Source of the DNA: an uncultured virus (IMG/VR IMGVR_UViG_3300007770_000006)
Taxonomy: Duplodnaviria > Heunggongvirae > Uroviricota > Caudoviricetes
IMG/VR virus record: IMGVR_UViG_3300007770_000006
Reading direction: 5' to 3' (one strand)
DNA: 64,000 bases
Below are positions 46,029 through 57,317 of the stretch, in pieces (positions within the stretch are counted from its first letter, which is position 1; every line of letters starts with the position of its first letter). Position numbers and translations under genes: made by a program. The notes under the pieces are model-generated. The model made no database searches. It was not told the origin of the DNA and saw only the letters and a program-made list of their open reading frames with translations.

Positions 46029-47708
46029 TCACTGAACGGGCGCGTAACCGCTCGACGATGCGCCGCCGAATCGGGCGGCACCGGCGATCTCGGTCGTTTC
46101 GTTCCAGACTCTAAGCCCAAGCGTTCCGCGCGCGAGTCTATAGACAAGACGGCGCACAGTCGCCGCCGAGTCAGACCACCCGAATTCGTCATCGTCCAGC
46201 GCGACGTTGTCGCCGAGCACGAGACGCAGAATAAGACTCGGCGACACGTCATAGTCCACGTCGTGATGCGGCATCGTTCGGTGTGACACGAGCCAGTCGA
46301 GAATGCGCGCCGCCACTGCATCGTCGGTTATAAACAGTGACTCTATCGTGTCTGCATGACGTTCGCCGCACGTTCGCCGGCTTAGCTCGCACCCGGCGCT
46401 ATTGTTCGGCGTTCGCTCGGCATATTTGCGATACTCGTCTTCCATCGGCGAATAGTCATAGGCGATGGAGAACGTGTTGAAACACTCGGATTTGGGCGAC
46501 TCAGCGACACGCGACGCGCGGTCGAGAATCGGGTGCTGATCCGCGACGAGCCGCACCGCGGGAAGTCGCTCGGATCTGTCTGTGTAGATCGGACCGTAGC
46601 CGCCGAATGCCCACGCCATGCTGATCATCGGGAAGGACTCAAGGAAGGTTCCCTCGATGAAACTGATCGCGCTTTCGTTGCCGCTGCCGCTCGCGTTCGC
46701 GCAGAGTCTGCCGCGCAGAAAGCCGGCCCGGGCCTCGGCCCGCGCGAACAGATAGGGATCAGCGCCGCCGCGACCCAGTGTGGTGAAGTGCTCGACGATG
46801 CGCCGAATCACCCGCACCGGGTGCCCGTCTGTCGGCCCGCCGGACAGCTTTGCGTACACCTTTTCGCCGCCCTCGCCGTCGAAAGCGCCGGTGCCACCTG
46901 AGAAGCTGATCGCCGTGTACGGCTCGCCGAGCAGATCAATCCCGTGCAGAGTCGACCACGGGTAGACGGTAGACCCAGACGCATACAGCGCTCCGTCCAC
47001 ATAGACCTCGCCAATCGTCAGGTGCCCGTGGGCCACGACAACATCGGGCGCGGACGTGCTGCCGTCGAGAAAGTGACCCGGGATTGCGTCGAATGAGGGC
47101 ATGACGATGGCGAGAGTGTTCCCAACGCTCACGTCAATCAGGGTGCTGAATCGTTCGGTCGTCAGCGTGTACGGCGGAAGATGCAGATCGACGCTGTCTC
47201 GCGGGTCTGCGATCGAGCACGTCACGAGCTGATCGATCGCGCCGAATTCAATGTCCGTCAGATCACCGCGAATCAGCACCAGACGGTCATCATAGTCGCC
47301 GCCGTCGAGCTGCAGACTCACCTCGGCGATACCGCTAAGAATCCGCGTCTGTCGAACGATCGCGGCGGCATCGACATACGCATTCGGCATCGACAGAGTC
47401 AGCGACCGCGCCGAGCTGGTCGGGTCGCCGGGCGTGTATTCCCACGCGATCTCGGTTCCGTCGTCGAGCACGCCCTGCCACTGGTATGTTCGGCCGGTCA
47501 GCGTCGACACGGTGCGGCAGTCGCGCGTCGCAAGTCGCACACTGTGATCGAAGCCGAACACGAGATCGACGCACAAGATCGCATCGCGCAGATCGGGATC
47601 TCGCGCAATCTGCGCCCGCCACGCCTCGTTGAGAGTCGTGTGGCCGCCGCGCTTTCCTGTGCGCCAACGCGAGATCGCGGGGTGCGGTTGATACGTGTTT
47701 GATGCCAC
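46029..47708 (-). CDS. Tail tip/baseplate hub-like protein
   Basis: Last of the tail genes; hub-like C-terminus LVLGDNVALDD. Confidence 0.65.
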   Translation of the reverse strand: MASNTYQPHPAISRWRTGKRGGHTTLNEAWRAQIARDPDLRDAILCVDLVFGFDHSVRLATRDCRTVSTLTGRTYQWQGVLDDGTEIAWEYTPGDPTSSARSLTLSMPNAYVDAAAIVRQTRILSGIAEVSLQLDGGDYDDRLVLIRGDLTDIEFGAIDQLVTCSIADPRDSVDLHLPPYTLTTERFSTLIDVSVGNTLAIVMPSFDAIPGHFLDGSTSAPDVVVAHGHLTIGEVYVDGALYASGSTVYPWSTLHGIDLLGEPYTAISFSGGTGAFDGEGGEKVYAKLSGGPTDGHPVRVIRRIVEHFTTLGRGGADPYLFARAEARAGFLRGRLCANASGSGNESAISFIEGTFLESFPMISMAWAFGGYGPIYTDRSERLPAVRLVADQHPILDRASRVAESPKSECFNTFSIAYDYSPMEDEYRKYAERTPNNSAGCELSRRTCGERHADTIESLFITDDAVAARILDWLVSHRTMPHHDVDYDVSPSLILRLVLGDNVALDDDEFGWSDSAATVRRLVYRLARGTLGLRVWNETTEIAGAARFGGASSSGYAPVQ

Positions 47709-47710
47709 GA

Positions 47711-50700
47711 TCAGATCTCCTGTTCAAAGTGAACAGCGAGATCGCCGACACGATCCCAGCGACCGGTCGACGCGACGTAACGGTAGCCCGCGTTCGCCAT
47801 GTCGGTCGACCCGATGAATCGGGCATACATTGCGCGCAGACTCTGCGCCGTGTCGTCTGTGCAGACGACGACCGGGCGCAGACTGTAGCCGCCGAGCAGC
47901 CGGATCATGCTGCGGAACGCCACCCGCCAGCTGTCAACATCGCCGGCGGCGGTACCGCGCAGCCTCTGCCGCGGCGCACCGGCGCGGTATGCGACGCGAG
48001 CGCCGCTGCCGAGTGTCTGCAGATCGACTGTCCCAGACTCAGAGTCGCGCAGACTCGACCATGCCAGCGGAACGGTGATCGGCAACGTCAAACCGGCTTG
48101 CAGCCGCCCGAGCTGCCAGCGCCCCTCGGGGGGCTCGCCCTGTGAGTCTGCGCCAGGGATCGTCACGCGCATGTATCGCGGGAAAGCCCCGTCCACGACG
48201 CCCGCGCCAGTGATGACTCGCACGCCGGCGGGCCAGTCGTCATAGGCGAACAGGTGCGCGCTGCCCCAAATGTCCAGAGTCGCGCCCGCCGTTATGCCGT
48301 ACGTCGCGAGCGTGCCGCCGGCGGTCATGCCGGTAACGTGCAGCCACGTGCCGGCGTTGCCAACGATCCGCAGAATGCCCGGGTTCGCGACAGCGCCCGG
48401 ACGTGCCCGCAGATAGTGCCCGGCCAGCTCGCCGTCCTGCCACGACGGGCTGCCGATCTCGACGTGCCCGGGCTCGGCCGTCGACACGGTCGCGAGCGAG
48501 TATCGCAGACCGTCGACACGCATACGCGCTGGCGCAGTGAATGCCGAGTCATCGGCATACTCGACATCCAGAATCCGGCTGTTCGTGCTGATGCCGGCGA
48601 TTCCTGAGTGGACGAATCGAGCGTGGGTGTCGCCGTCGATCAGTGTCGAATCGAGAACGATCTGCTGAGTCGTCGTGGCGGTGCTTCGCCAGTGACTCTG
48701 CGGCGAGTCACCGAACGACTGGCCGATCCCATACTCGTGCCGAATCGGCGCGGTATACGTGTCTGCCTTGAACCCGCCCGCGCCGCCCCAGAGCACGTCA
48801 TGGGCCGCGCCGACACGCACAACATGCGGCGAGCAGTCCCACCCGCGCAGAGTCGACGGGTTCGAGAACCCGGGCTGAGAGAGCCCGGACGCGCGACTGT
48901 AGAACGCTTCGCGCCACTCCATTGTCGATGTCGATAGAGGCACCGTCCAGTGCCCGAATCCCACCATTTCGTTTGCGAACGGCAGAGCCGCGGACGCAGT
49001 CGTAACCATGCCCGTCGACACCCACGCATAATCGCCCGCCGCGGCTGCAGAGACATAGGCCGCGATGAACGTGCCGCCGGCCAGCCCGACGTTGCGACTG
49101 TGCGCGAGCCCGATCCGGAAGTCGTAGAATGTACCGGCTGTGATCCCGGCGAGCGCGCCGACCGGGGATTCATACAGCGTCGACACGGCGAGGGTGTCGT
49201 AAACCGCGAACTGGCCCGTGTTCCCGTTGATATGAACGGCGATGCTGACAGTCAGACCAGCAGTGATCAGAGACTCGCTATTGACGACTGCCCCCCAGCG
49301 GGGCGAGCGCAAGTCAGCGCCGGTCATGCTCGGCGGATACGGGGTGTCGGGCACGCTGCCCGACTGTGCGCGAGTGCTGAAGCCAAAGCACCCATCGTCC
49401 GCGATCCGCGCAGTCGTCAGCGAGGCGAGAGAAGACGACTGCGTGTGACGCTGAGTGTCCGAGGTGGTCAGCTGTATCGACTGCCTCTCGACGGTCCAGC
49501 TGTTCGTCGGCGTTCCGCCCGAGGACGTGCCCCAGGGGTTGAATGCCGAGGTTTCAGCGCCGCCGGTGTGAACGCTGCCGAGACATGCGTGCCAGCTCGA
49601 TGTCAGGAGCTGAGTCGTCATGTCGAAATTCGTGATCTGCGCCGAGCGCAGCGGCTGTCGAGACGAGCCGCCAAAGTATGTGATCGACGGCGTCTGCCGC
49701 TCTGCGGTCGTCGTGCCCGTCTGTCTGTCGACAGACGATCCGAACAACGCGAGCCGGTCGCCGACCCATGCGAGCGTTGCGTCCTTCGGGTGCATACGGG
49801 CGACGCCGCCAAGACCGGTCCAGTCGTCCGCACCCCACCGCGCCCAATCGGCGATCCGCGGGTTCGCCGCACTGTCCCATCCGGCCTGTATGCGGTCCAC
49901 GGGAATGATGAACGATGCGGCGCTCCAGTAGTCTGCGCCGGCTGCCGCGCCATGATGATCGCTACGGAACACGAGCGCGAAGCAACGCCCGCCGCCGCTC
50001 GCACAATGCACAGTCATCGCGTCTGTGTCATCGCTCTCGAAGCTCGCGCCGTTCGTGTTCGCGATCTGATCCCACCCGGCGTCGCGGGTCGCAAGCTCAT
50101 ACCGCAATTCGCCCGAGGCGCTGACAGCGCGAACGCGCAGGAACGTCCCGCTGTCGTCGACGCTGCACAGATCCCAGACCTCGAACTTGCCGCTGATGTC
50201 GGCATTCCCTGCGGTGTCGTCGTCGCCGTCTGCCACATTGTGCCCGGTCACGAACGCCCACGACGCGCCGCGGTCGGCGCTGTATGCGCTGATCAGTCCC
50301 TGCGGAACCGGCCCGATACTGTGCCACGCTTCGAGCCGCATCCAGTCGCCCGACGAGACAATGCGCAGCTTCGCGAGAACCTGCGTGGAGCCGAACAGAT
50401 CGGTTACCACGCCCTCTTTCAGCAGCTGCCACGACGCGCCGCCGTTCGTGCTGCCGAATATGTCGATATCGACATAGCCCGGCGCTCCAGTCGAGTCGGG
50501 TTCGTACGTGTACGCCCAGCGCAGCGCGCCGTCGGGCAGCTCCCACATGGACGAATAGCCGCCGCCGTTCGGGCTGCGGTACGCCGCCAGAAGAATGTTG
50601 AAATCTGCGCTCCATGTGTCTGCGCTTTGCGCGGCCGCGCTGCGGTATCTGAATTTCAGAGCCGAGCCCGCATCGGGCGCATAGCCGACCACGATCCGGT

Positions 50701-51199
50701 TAAATGCCCGACTATGCACGATCGCGTGATGACTGCCGAGGCCGGCAGTACCGCCGAACGGTGCGCCGGGATCGTGCTGCCAGCGCAGATCGTCCGCACC
50801 GCGCCATTGATCGCTCGCGTCGTCGGCGTAGCTCCAGCCCCACTCTGCAGAGTCGTACAGACTGCCGGTGCGCAGAACGCGCAGAGACAGATCGCCCGGC
50901 GTCGACTGCGTCGCTGTCGACGACGTGTCCCACGTTCCGGTCACGTACGGGATCAGATCACCCTCGTTCGTCAGCGCGGCGCTGGCCCCGCCGAGAAACG
51001 GCCCGGCCTGACTCGGCGCTGACGACACGGCAGCGACTGCCGCATTGCGCGCGTCTTGAAACAGCACGAACGATCGCGGCTCGGCCCGGTCGCGGTAGCG
51101 CTCGCGCCACACGATCTCGGCGACGAGCCCCTGCGCCTTCGCCCGCGTCTCTGCACGAGCGACAACCGTTGCCTGGGTTCCCTGAGCGTTAGCAGTCAT
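47711..51199 (-). CDS. Large tail protein with Asp-box (BNR) repeats and Dit-like C-terminus
   Basis: STNGGASW, SADRGASW; downstream of tape measure. Confidence 0.7.
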   Translation of the reverse strand: MTANAQGTQATVVARAETRAKAQGLVAEIVWRERYRDRAEPRSFVLFQDARNAAVAAVSSAPSQAGPFLGGASAALTNEGDLIPYVTGTWDTSSTATQSTPGDLSLRVLRTGSLYDSAEWGWSYADDASDQWRGADDLRWQHDPGAPFGGTAGLGSHHAIVHSRAFNRIVVGYAPDAGSALKFRYRSAAAQSADTWSADFNILLAAYRSPNGGGYSSMWELPDGALRWAYTYEPDSTGAPGYVDIDIFGSTNGGASWQLLKEGVVTDLFGSTQVLAKLRIVSSGDWMRLEAWHSIGPVPQGLISAYSADRGASWAFVTGHNVADGDDDTAGNADISGKFEVWDLCSVDDSGTFLRVRAVSASGELRYELATRDAGWDQIANTNGASFESDDTDAMTVHCASGGGRCFALVFRSDHHGAAAGADYWSAASFIIPVDRIQAGWDSAANPRIADWARWGADDWTGLGGVARMHPKDATLAWVGDRLALFGSSVDRQTGTTTAERQTPSITYFGGSSRQPLRSAQITNFDMTTQLLTSSWHACLGSVHTGGAETSAFNPWGTSSGGTPTNSWTVERQSIQLTTSDTQRHTQSSSLASLTTARIADDGCFGFSTRAQSGSVPDTPYPPSMTGADLRSPRWGAVVNSESLITAGLTVSIAVHINGNTGQFAVYDTLAVSTLYESPVGALAGITAGTFYDFRIGLAHSRNVGLAGGTFIAAYVSAAAAGDYAWVSTGMVTTASAALPFANEMVGFGHWTVPLSTSTMEWREAFYSRASGLSQPGFSNPSTLRGWDCSPHVVRVGAAHDVLWGGAGGFKADTYTAPIRHEYGIGQSFGDSPQSHWRSTATTTQQIVLDSTLIDGDTHARFVHSGIAGISTNSRILDVEYADDSAFTAPARMRVDGLRYSLATVSTAEPGHVEIGSPSWQDGELAGHYLRARPGAVANPGILRIVGNAGTWLHVTGMTAGGTLATYGITAGATLDIWGSAHLFAYDDWPAGVRVITGAGVVDGAFPRYMRVTIPGADSQGEPPEGRWQLGRLQAGLTLPITVPLAWSSLRDSESGTVDLQTLGSGARVAYRAGAPRQRLRGTAAGDVDSWRVAFRSMIRLLGGYSLRPVVVCTDDTAQSLRAMYARFIGSTDMANAGYRYVASTGRWDRVGDLAVHFEQEI

Positions 51200-51208
51200 G
51201 CGCTGATC

Positions 51209-52240
51209 CTACCCCGCCGAGTAACCGGCGCGCACGTTGTCGAGATCTGTGGCAGCCCACACGCCGCCTCCGGGCTTTGTCGTCGCCAGCGACTCGGCCA
51301 TTCCGCCCGCCGCCGGAACGCCGACAGTGAGTCCGGCGACCTGTGATGCACCAAGATGTACACGGGCCTGACCGTCGGTCAGCGTTCCGTCCCCGTTCGC
51401 CGCACAGCGCACGACGACGGCGAGCACTTCTGGCGCTGTCCAGTCGGCATGTACGTCCGAGCGATCCTGCAGATTGACGTTGAAAGCGGACACAGAGGTC
51501 GTCTCTGCGAATGAAGAGTCAGAGGCGTCCTCGACGGTCGGCCACAGCTGCGGCCCGGCCGGATTCGGGGTCCACGCGCCGTCGGTGTCGTCAGCGTTCG
51601 GGTATAGCCCCTGGAGCCAAAGCTCCTGAGTCGTCACCGCGTCGACCGTGTCGAATACGACGGTGTGATCGTGACTCGTGTTTCCGAGCGATGCGCCGCC
51701 CCACCGAATTCCGGCCGCCGTGATCCCGGTAGACAGAGCCGTAGACCCAGAGGCGCGCTGCGTTCCGTTGACGAACAGACGGCCGGTCAGTAGCGGGCCG
51801 CTGATCTGCCAGCGAATCTGCAGCCGATACCACGTTTGCAGACTCAGTCGGGCGGTGGTCGTCGCGAGTGTGACGCCGGCGTGCAGCAGCGTTAGCCGCG
51901 AGCTGTCGGACGAGTCTGCGGAATTGACCTCCAGCATCGCGTCGCCGGCGCTGTCGACCACGCGCAGAAACTCGGCACCCGCAACCCACGTCGTTCCAGC
52001 ATGTACGCTCGTCGAAAGCGTGCCGAGATTCGGCGCGCTGAACGACGGGATCAGAGTCTCGATCCACTGCGTTTCTGCACACTGCAGAGAGCGCGCACCG
52101 CCGCCGTACCCCAGCGGGTGCTGGTGCGTTGTCGTGCCCTCTTGTGCGTCGGGGTGACCGGCGCTGACACTCCAGCCCGCGCCGACGTAGTGCGTGGATG
52201 TAGCGTTCAGCTCCCACCCGTTTGCGAAAACGATAGCCAT
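51209..52240 (-). CDS. Minor tail protein with LamG/ConA-like fold
   Basis: TWYRLQIRW...LFVNGTQR; directly after tape measure. Confidence 0.65.
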   Translation of the reverse strand: MAIVFANGWELNATSTHYVGAGWSVSAGHPDAQEGTTTHQHPLGYGGGARSLQCAETQWIETLIPSFSAPNLGTLSTSVHAGTTWVAGAEFLRVVDSAGDAMLEVNSADSSDSSRLTLLHAGVTLATTTARLSLQTWYRLQIRWQISGPLLTGRLFVNGTQRASGSTALSTGITAAGIRWGGASLGNTSHDHTVVFDTVDAVTTQELWLQGLYPNADDTDGAWTPNPAGPQLWPTVEDASDSSFAETTSVSAFNVNLQDRSDVHADWTAPEVLAVVVRCAANGDGTLTDGQARVHLGASQVAGLTVGVPAAGGMAESLATTKPGGGVWAATDLDNVRAGYSAG

Positions 52241-52250
52241 CGCGTGATCC

Positions 52251-55200
52251 TCACTTTGTGAACTTGCCGCGATCGAAGCCCGGATGAACGCCGGCCTGGA
52301 TCGTTGCTTTGCGCGCCCGGCGTTCGGCGTGTGGCGCTTGTCCGCGTCGCCCTGCGCGCCACATGACCTCGTCGAGTGTACGCCCGTCAGCGCGCAGAGT
52401 CGCGCGCATACTCAGCCCGCCCGTCTCTGCGCCGCTCAGCCCGCCCGCGAGAGCTTCGCGGATCGCGTCTGCGGCTTGCAGCATAGCTATCGACGCAGAC
52501 TGCGGCCCGGGCACGCTTACGCGCCCGGGGTTCAGCCCGACGCCCTCGATAGCTTGCCGCAGCAGCTCGGCCGGATCTTGCGCGGCGACATAGTAGTCCC
52601 CGCCGGCCAGCCCGACCATGTCTCCGCCCGTGCCAGTCTTCTGCATAGACGGCGTGTCCGACCAGAAAGTTCCGTCTGTGCGATCGTCCCACCAAGACTC
52701 GCCGGCGTCGCTCTCATCCTTTCCGAACAGATCGCCGATCCAGCCTGACAGCTTCTCCCAGATCTTCGCGACGAATTCGCCGATCCCCTTGAACACCTCA
52801 TCCCAGAGAAACTTAACGAGCGTTCCGATCCAAGACACGGACGCCCAGATCAGATCGGGAATCGACTTAATAACAGCGGCCGTTAGCTCGATCGTCATCG
52901 CCTTTGTGATGTCTGGGATCGAGCCGACGATCGCTGTGATGATGTTCGGGATCGCGTTGATCACGCCCTCGATCAGGGCCGGAATCAGATCGTGCAGACT
53001 CTTTGTCAGTGCTGGCAGCATCTCCACAATGCTGGTGATCAGCTCGGGCACCATCGCCATAAGAGCGGACGTTACCTGAGTCATCGCGATCAGCAGTCCC
53101 TCGATGAGCAGGGGAAGCTGCGCCACCAGCTCATTCACGAGCTGCGTAACGACGCCGAGAAGCATGGTCACGAGGTCCGGCAACATGCCGATCAGTGCCG
53201 GCAGCAGCTCGCCGATCACGCGCGTTATGATCGTTCCGATCAGCGAGAGAACGCCGTTCAGCAGCGCCATCAGAATGTCGGGCAGCGCGTCGATCAGACT
53301 CTGAATGAGTCGCGGGATCGCGTCGACGACCGCGATGATGATTGTGTCGAGAGCGTCAACGAGAGCGCCGATCAGATCGGGCAGATACGACAGTAGCTGA
53401 TCGAGAATGTCGGGCAGCGCGTCGAGTATCTGCGCGATCCCGTCGGCGACGGCGTCGAGCAGAATCGGCAGCGCCGCGGCGACGGCGTCGATCAGCTTTG
53501 GTAGCTCGGCGATGACTGCGTCGAGCAGCTGCGGCAGCTCGTCGGCGAGCATCTGCACGAGATCGACGACTGCTGCAGACAGCATGTCGACGAGCGCTGG
53601 CAGCTCGGCCAGTATTGCGTCGAGAACATCGGGCAGCGCCGCGATGACTGTGTCGATCAGCTCGGGCAGCTTTGAGGCGAGCTGCTGAATCAGGACGGGC
53701 GCAGCGTCCACGAACGTCTGCACGAGTCTCACCGCGCCGTCGATCAGCTCGGCGATGAATTGCTCGGCACCGTCGGCCGCAGACGCGGGCAGCTCGGCCA
53801 TGCGTTCCGCATACTCGTCCGGGCTGATGTCGCCCGCGGCGAGCTGATCCGCGAGATCTTGTGCAGACTGCAGGTCGTCGCTGATGCTGCCGACTGCGTC
53901 GAAAATGTCGAAAGAGAACCCGGTGAGATTCGACAGCAGATCGCCGAACGATGACACGACAGACGACAGCCCGTCGCCGACGGCTCGCCCGGCGGCCAGC
54001 GCAGCCTTGGCGATTTGCTTGATCTGATCGACGATCTCGCGCGAGTCTTCGCGGGCCTGTTTGTTCGCGCGCCTTGTCGCTTCGCGGATCTTTTCGTCGT
54101 AGTGCTCGGACACCGCCAGCCGCTCGGCGTGCTGGTCCTCGCCCAGCTCTGCCAGCAGCGCGTCGCGCTCTCGCGTGAGCCCGACGACCTCGCCCGACTC
54201 TGCACCGACGAGCGCGGCGACTCGGCCCGAAAGATCCGCGCGCGTCTCTGCGGCCTGATCGGCGTAGTGCTCGTTAATCGAGATCAGCTGATCGACGGTC
54301 GCGCCCTCGGCGTCGGCAAGCGCCGCAAGCCGGTCCAGCTCGATAGCTTCGAGCGCTGATGCGTTGCGCTTCGCGGCAGACTGCCGCAGACCGGCCACCT
54401 GATCGTCGACAGTCTCTGCGGTCTTCTTTGCGCTCTCTGTGTCTGTCTGCCGCTGCTCCAGCCACGCGCGGTCGCGCAGCAGCTGAATCGCGTCAAGCCG
54501 CTGCTGTTCGATCTGCATCAGATCCGCGCCGGCAATATCTGCGGCCTGCACCTCGGCCGCGAACTTTGCATTCAGATCATCGATCTCGCGCTGTAGCTGA
54601 ATGTCTCTGCGCTCTGCGCCCGTCTTGCCGATTAGCTCGATCTCGCGCTCGACAGCGGCGACGGCAGCGAGCCGCTGATTGTGCGCCCCGTGCAGCTTTT
54701 TCTCGGCCTGCTCGCGCAGCTTTGCGGCGGCCTGAGCTTTCGCATATGCGCTCGACGTTCCCTCGATCGCGTTCTCGGCGGCGATCTCGGACTTGGTCAG
54801 ATCTTGCGTCGCAATCTTTCGCTGCTGCGAGAGCCCCTGCTCCTGCGCTTTCAGCGCGTCGAGCTGCGCCCCGTAGTCGCTGATTCTGGACTTGATCTCG
54901 GCGAGGCTGTCGCCGTGTTTGCGCAGCGATCCGTCGAACGCCGCCACGCGGCTCAGGCCCCGCCCAACAGCCTTCTGATATTCCGCCATCGCCGTATTCA
55001 GAACGAGCGTCTGAGCGGCCACCTTTTCCTGTTCGGCGCGAGACTTGCGCTGCGCCGCCGCAAATGAAGACTCCACCTCCTCTGCAAGCGAGGTCGCCTC
55101 ATAGCGCAGCCTCAGCGCCGTTGCGGCGTCGAGCACGACGCGATTCCCAGCCAGCGTCGCCTCGTATAGCTTGCCCGACGCAAGACCCGCGGCGATCTGT

Positions 55201-56936
55201 TCGTCGGTCAGATTTGCAAGCGTCGAGAGCTGCAGCGACAGCTCGTCGGTTAGCTTTCCCTCGCTCTGCAGCAGCAGCTCGACAGCGCCGACACGCTCGG
55301 CGAGCCCGGCCGAGATCGACTGCGCGGCCGCGAGCGTCTGTGCATCGCGGGTCGCGCGCTCGTCGGCGATCTTCTGCTCGGCTGCGCGCAGCTTCTCGGC
55401 GGCCATTTCGGCCGAGCGCATAGACGCCGCGAACGCGATCATGGTTGCAACGGCCGCCCCGACGGCGGCGACGAGAGCAAATGTGCCACCGGTCGCCGCT
55501 GTCAGCGCCGCGACAGTAGCGTGGACACTGCCCCGCAGAACCGCGAGCTTTGCGGGCAGACCCGCGATTATGAGCGACAGCTGCCGGGCCTTGTCTGCTG
55601 CCCACAGTGCGAGCATCGCCTGTGCGACTATGCGCAGAGTCGGCAGCATCGCCGAAAGCTCAGACACGATCTGCTGGACCGCGCGCACCGTGTCGACGAA
55701 CGCCAGCGCCATCTCGGCCCGGTTGTCGCGCAGATAGCGAACGGCATCGCCGATCGTCTCGTCGAACCCGCGACCGATGCCCGCGGACTCGGACTTGAAC
55801 ACCGCGGCGACATAGGCGATCGTCTCTGCGGTTTCGGTCAGCAGCTCCTGCAGCGGCTCGCGGAACGTGTCGAACGTCGAAAGGAGCAGCTCCTCTGTCG
55901 CCGACATGACGATTTTGGCTTGCGCCGCCACAGTCGACATCATTTCCGCATACAGCGACTCTGTCGATCCTGCGCTGTCTTCGAGATTGTCGAGTAGTTC
56001 GTGGAACCCTGTGGAGCCGTCGGCGAACGACCGGGCGATCATTGAGACGTTCGCGCCCGCACGGGTTCCGAAGATCTGCAGAGCGTCCGCAGTCTGCAGC
56101 CCCGCATCGCCGATAGTCTGCATAATCTCGGCGAACGAGTGCAGCTCTGGGTTGATGTCCTCGGCTTCGAGCCCGTATCGCTTCAGCGCCTTTCGGGCGT
56201 TGTCTGTCGGCTTTGCAGCGGCCGCCAGCGCCATGCGCAGATTCGTACCAGCCATCGAGCCTTCGAGCCCGAGATCCCGGAACATTGCAACGGCGGCCGT
56301 AGTCTGCTCCAGACTCATTCCGAAGGAAGCGCCGACGGTGCCGGCATACTTCATCGCCTCGGTGAGCGAGGACATATCAAAAAGCGACTTACGCAGAGCG
56401 GTGCTAAAGACATCACTGATTCGGTTAGACTCGCTTGCGTCCAGATTGAACTGGGCAAGCGTGGCAGCCATCAGCGCTGTCGACTGCGACATGGACGCGC
56501 CGGCCGAGCCGGCGAGCAGTAGCGCGGGCTCACTCGCGGCGATGATCTCGTTCGTCGTCATTCCGGCGCGGGCGAAATCCTGCATCGCCGTGGCGGCCTC
56601 GGTCGCCGAGAACGCCGTGGCCGCGCCGAGCTGCCGGGCCTTTGCTTCGAGATCCGAGATCGCGTCGCCCGCGCCCGAGATCGCGCCAACGGTCGTGATC
56701 GCCTGCTCGAAGCCCGCGCCGACTGTGACGCTGGCAGCAGCGAAACCGGCGGCCGCGGTCGTCGCTGCGAGAAAGCCGCCGGCGACCGCACGATCGAACA
56801 TGCGCCCGAACTTTACGCCCGACGCAGACAGACCCTGCAGCGACGACTCGGCGGCTTTCAGGCCGCCGCGAAAGTCGGCGTCTTTTAGCCCCAGCTCGAC
56901 AAACAGCCGGCCGATGTTCGTTCCGCCTGCGGGCAT
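52251..56936 (-). CDS. Tail tape measure protein (TP901-like)
   Basis: 1561 aa; ARQLGAATAFSATEAA, EAMKYAG, GSMAGTNLR; amphipathic C-terminal repeats. Confidence 0.95.
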   Translation of the reverse strand: MPAGGTNIGRLFVELGLKDADFRGGLKAAESSLQGLSASGVKFGRMFDRAVAGGFLAATTAAAGFAAASVTVGAGFEQAITTVGAISGAGDAISDLEAKARQLGAATAFSATEAATAMQDFARAGMTTNEIIAASEPALLLAGSAGASMSQSTALMAATLAQFNLDASESNRISDVFSTALRKSLFDMSSLTEAMKYAGTVGASFGMSLEQTTAAVAMFRDLGLEGSMAGTNLRMALAAAAKPTDNARKALKRYGLEAEDINPELHSFAEIMQTIGDAGLQTADALQIFGTRAGANVSMIARSFADGSTGFHELLDNLEDSAGSTESLYAEMMSTVAAQAKIVMSATEELLLSTFDTFREPLQELLTETAETIAYVAAVFKSESAGIGRGFDETIGDAVRYLRDNRAEMALAFVDTVRAVQQIVSELSAMLPTLRIVAQAMLALWAADKARQLSLIIAGLPAKLAVLRGSVHATVAALTAATGGTFALVAAVGAAVATMIAFAASMRSAEMAAEKLRAAEQKIADERATRDAQTLAAAQSISAGLAERVGAVELLLQSEGKLTDELSLQLSTLANLTDEQIAAGLASGKLYEATLAGNRVVLDAATALRLRYEATSLAEEVESSFAAAQRKSRAEQEKVAAQTLVLNTAMAEYQKAVGRGLSRVAAFDGSLRKHGDSLAEIKSRISDYGAQLDALKAQEQGLSQQRKIATQDLTKSEIAAENAIEGTSSAYAKAQAAAKLREQAEKKLHGAHNQRLAAVAAVEREIELIGKTGAERRDIQLQREIDDLNAKFAAEVQAADIAGADLMQIEQQRLDAIQLLRDRAWLEQRQTDTESAKKTAETVDDQVAGLRQSAAKRNASALEAIELDRLAALADAEGATVDQLISINEHYADQAAETRADLSGRVAALVGAESGEVVGLTRERDALLAELGEDQHAERLAVSEHYDEKIREATRRANKQAREDSREIVDQIKQIAKAALAAGRAVGDGLSSVVSSFGDLLSNLTGFSFDIFDAVGSISDDLQSAQDLADQLAAGDISPDEYAERMAELPASAADGAEQFIAELIDGAVRLVQTFVDAAPVLIQQLASKLPELIDTVIAALPDVLDAILAELPALVDMLSAAVVDLVQMLADELPQLLDAVIAELPKLIDAVAAALPILLDAVADGIAQILDALPDILDQLLSYLPDLIGALVDALDTIIIAVVDAIPRLIQSLIDALPDILMALLNGVLSLIGTIITRVIGELLPALIGMLPDLVTMLLGVVTQLVNELVAQLPLLIEGLLIAMTQVTSALMAMVPELITSIVEMLPALTKSLHDLIPALIEGVINAIPNIITAIVGSIPDITKAMTIELTAAVIKSIPDLIWASVSWIGTLVKFLWDEVFKGIGEFVAKIWEKLSGWIGDLFGKDESDAGESWWDDRTDGTFWSDTPSMQKTGTGGDMVGLAGGDYYVAAQDPAELLRQAIEGVGLNPGRVSVPGPQSASIAMLQAADAIREALAGGLSGAETGGLSMRATLRADGRTLDEVMWRAGRRGQAPHAERRARKATIQAGVHPGFDRGKFTK

Positions 56937-57006
56937 GATCTCCCCGTGTGTGCAGGTTCCGCCCGTTCAGACTACCGCGTATCGCGGGCGCAGACACGCT
57001 GGCGGG

Positions 57007-57303
57007 CTATTCCGTTGATACGGGGATTCCGGCTGCGGCGAATCGGGCCGCGAGATCTGGCTGCGGCTTTCGCTTGCCCCTGCGCCTTCGGGCCGGCGCT
57101 CGGGCGCGGCTCGTGGTCGGCGACTCGACAGAACCGCCGAACGCGCTGGACACAATCTCGCCCAGCGTGTTGATTTGCAGTGCCCGATATTCTGCCATGC
57201 AGGAAACGACGACGCCGAGCTGATCCCATGTCAGCCATAAAACCTCGTCGAGCGTCCAGCCGGCGACGAACAGAGCGCCGAGCCCCTGCCGCATTTGCTG
57301 CAC
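57007..57303 (-). CDS. Tail assembly chaperone, gpT-like portion (probably made as a frameshift fusion)
   Basis: Frame is -1 relative to upstream gene and open back to the slippery site. Confidence 0.65.
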   Translation of the reverse strand: MQQMRQGLGALFVAGWTLDEVLWLTWDQLGVVVSCMAEYRALQINTLGEIVSSAFGGSVESPTTSRARAPARRRRGKRKPQPDLAARFAAAGIPVSTE

Positions 57304-57317
57304 GGCTTCAGCGGGCG

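Noticed and set aside
46029..52240. Diversity-generating retroelement or invertible tail cassette
   Set aside because: No reverse transcriptase, TR/VR pair or flanking inverted repeats seen
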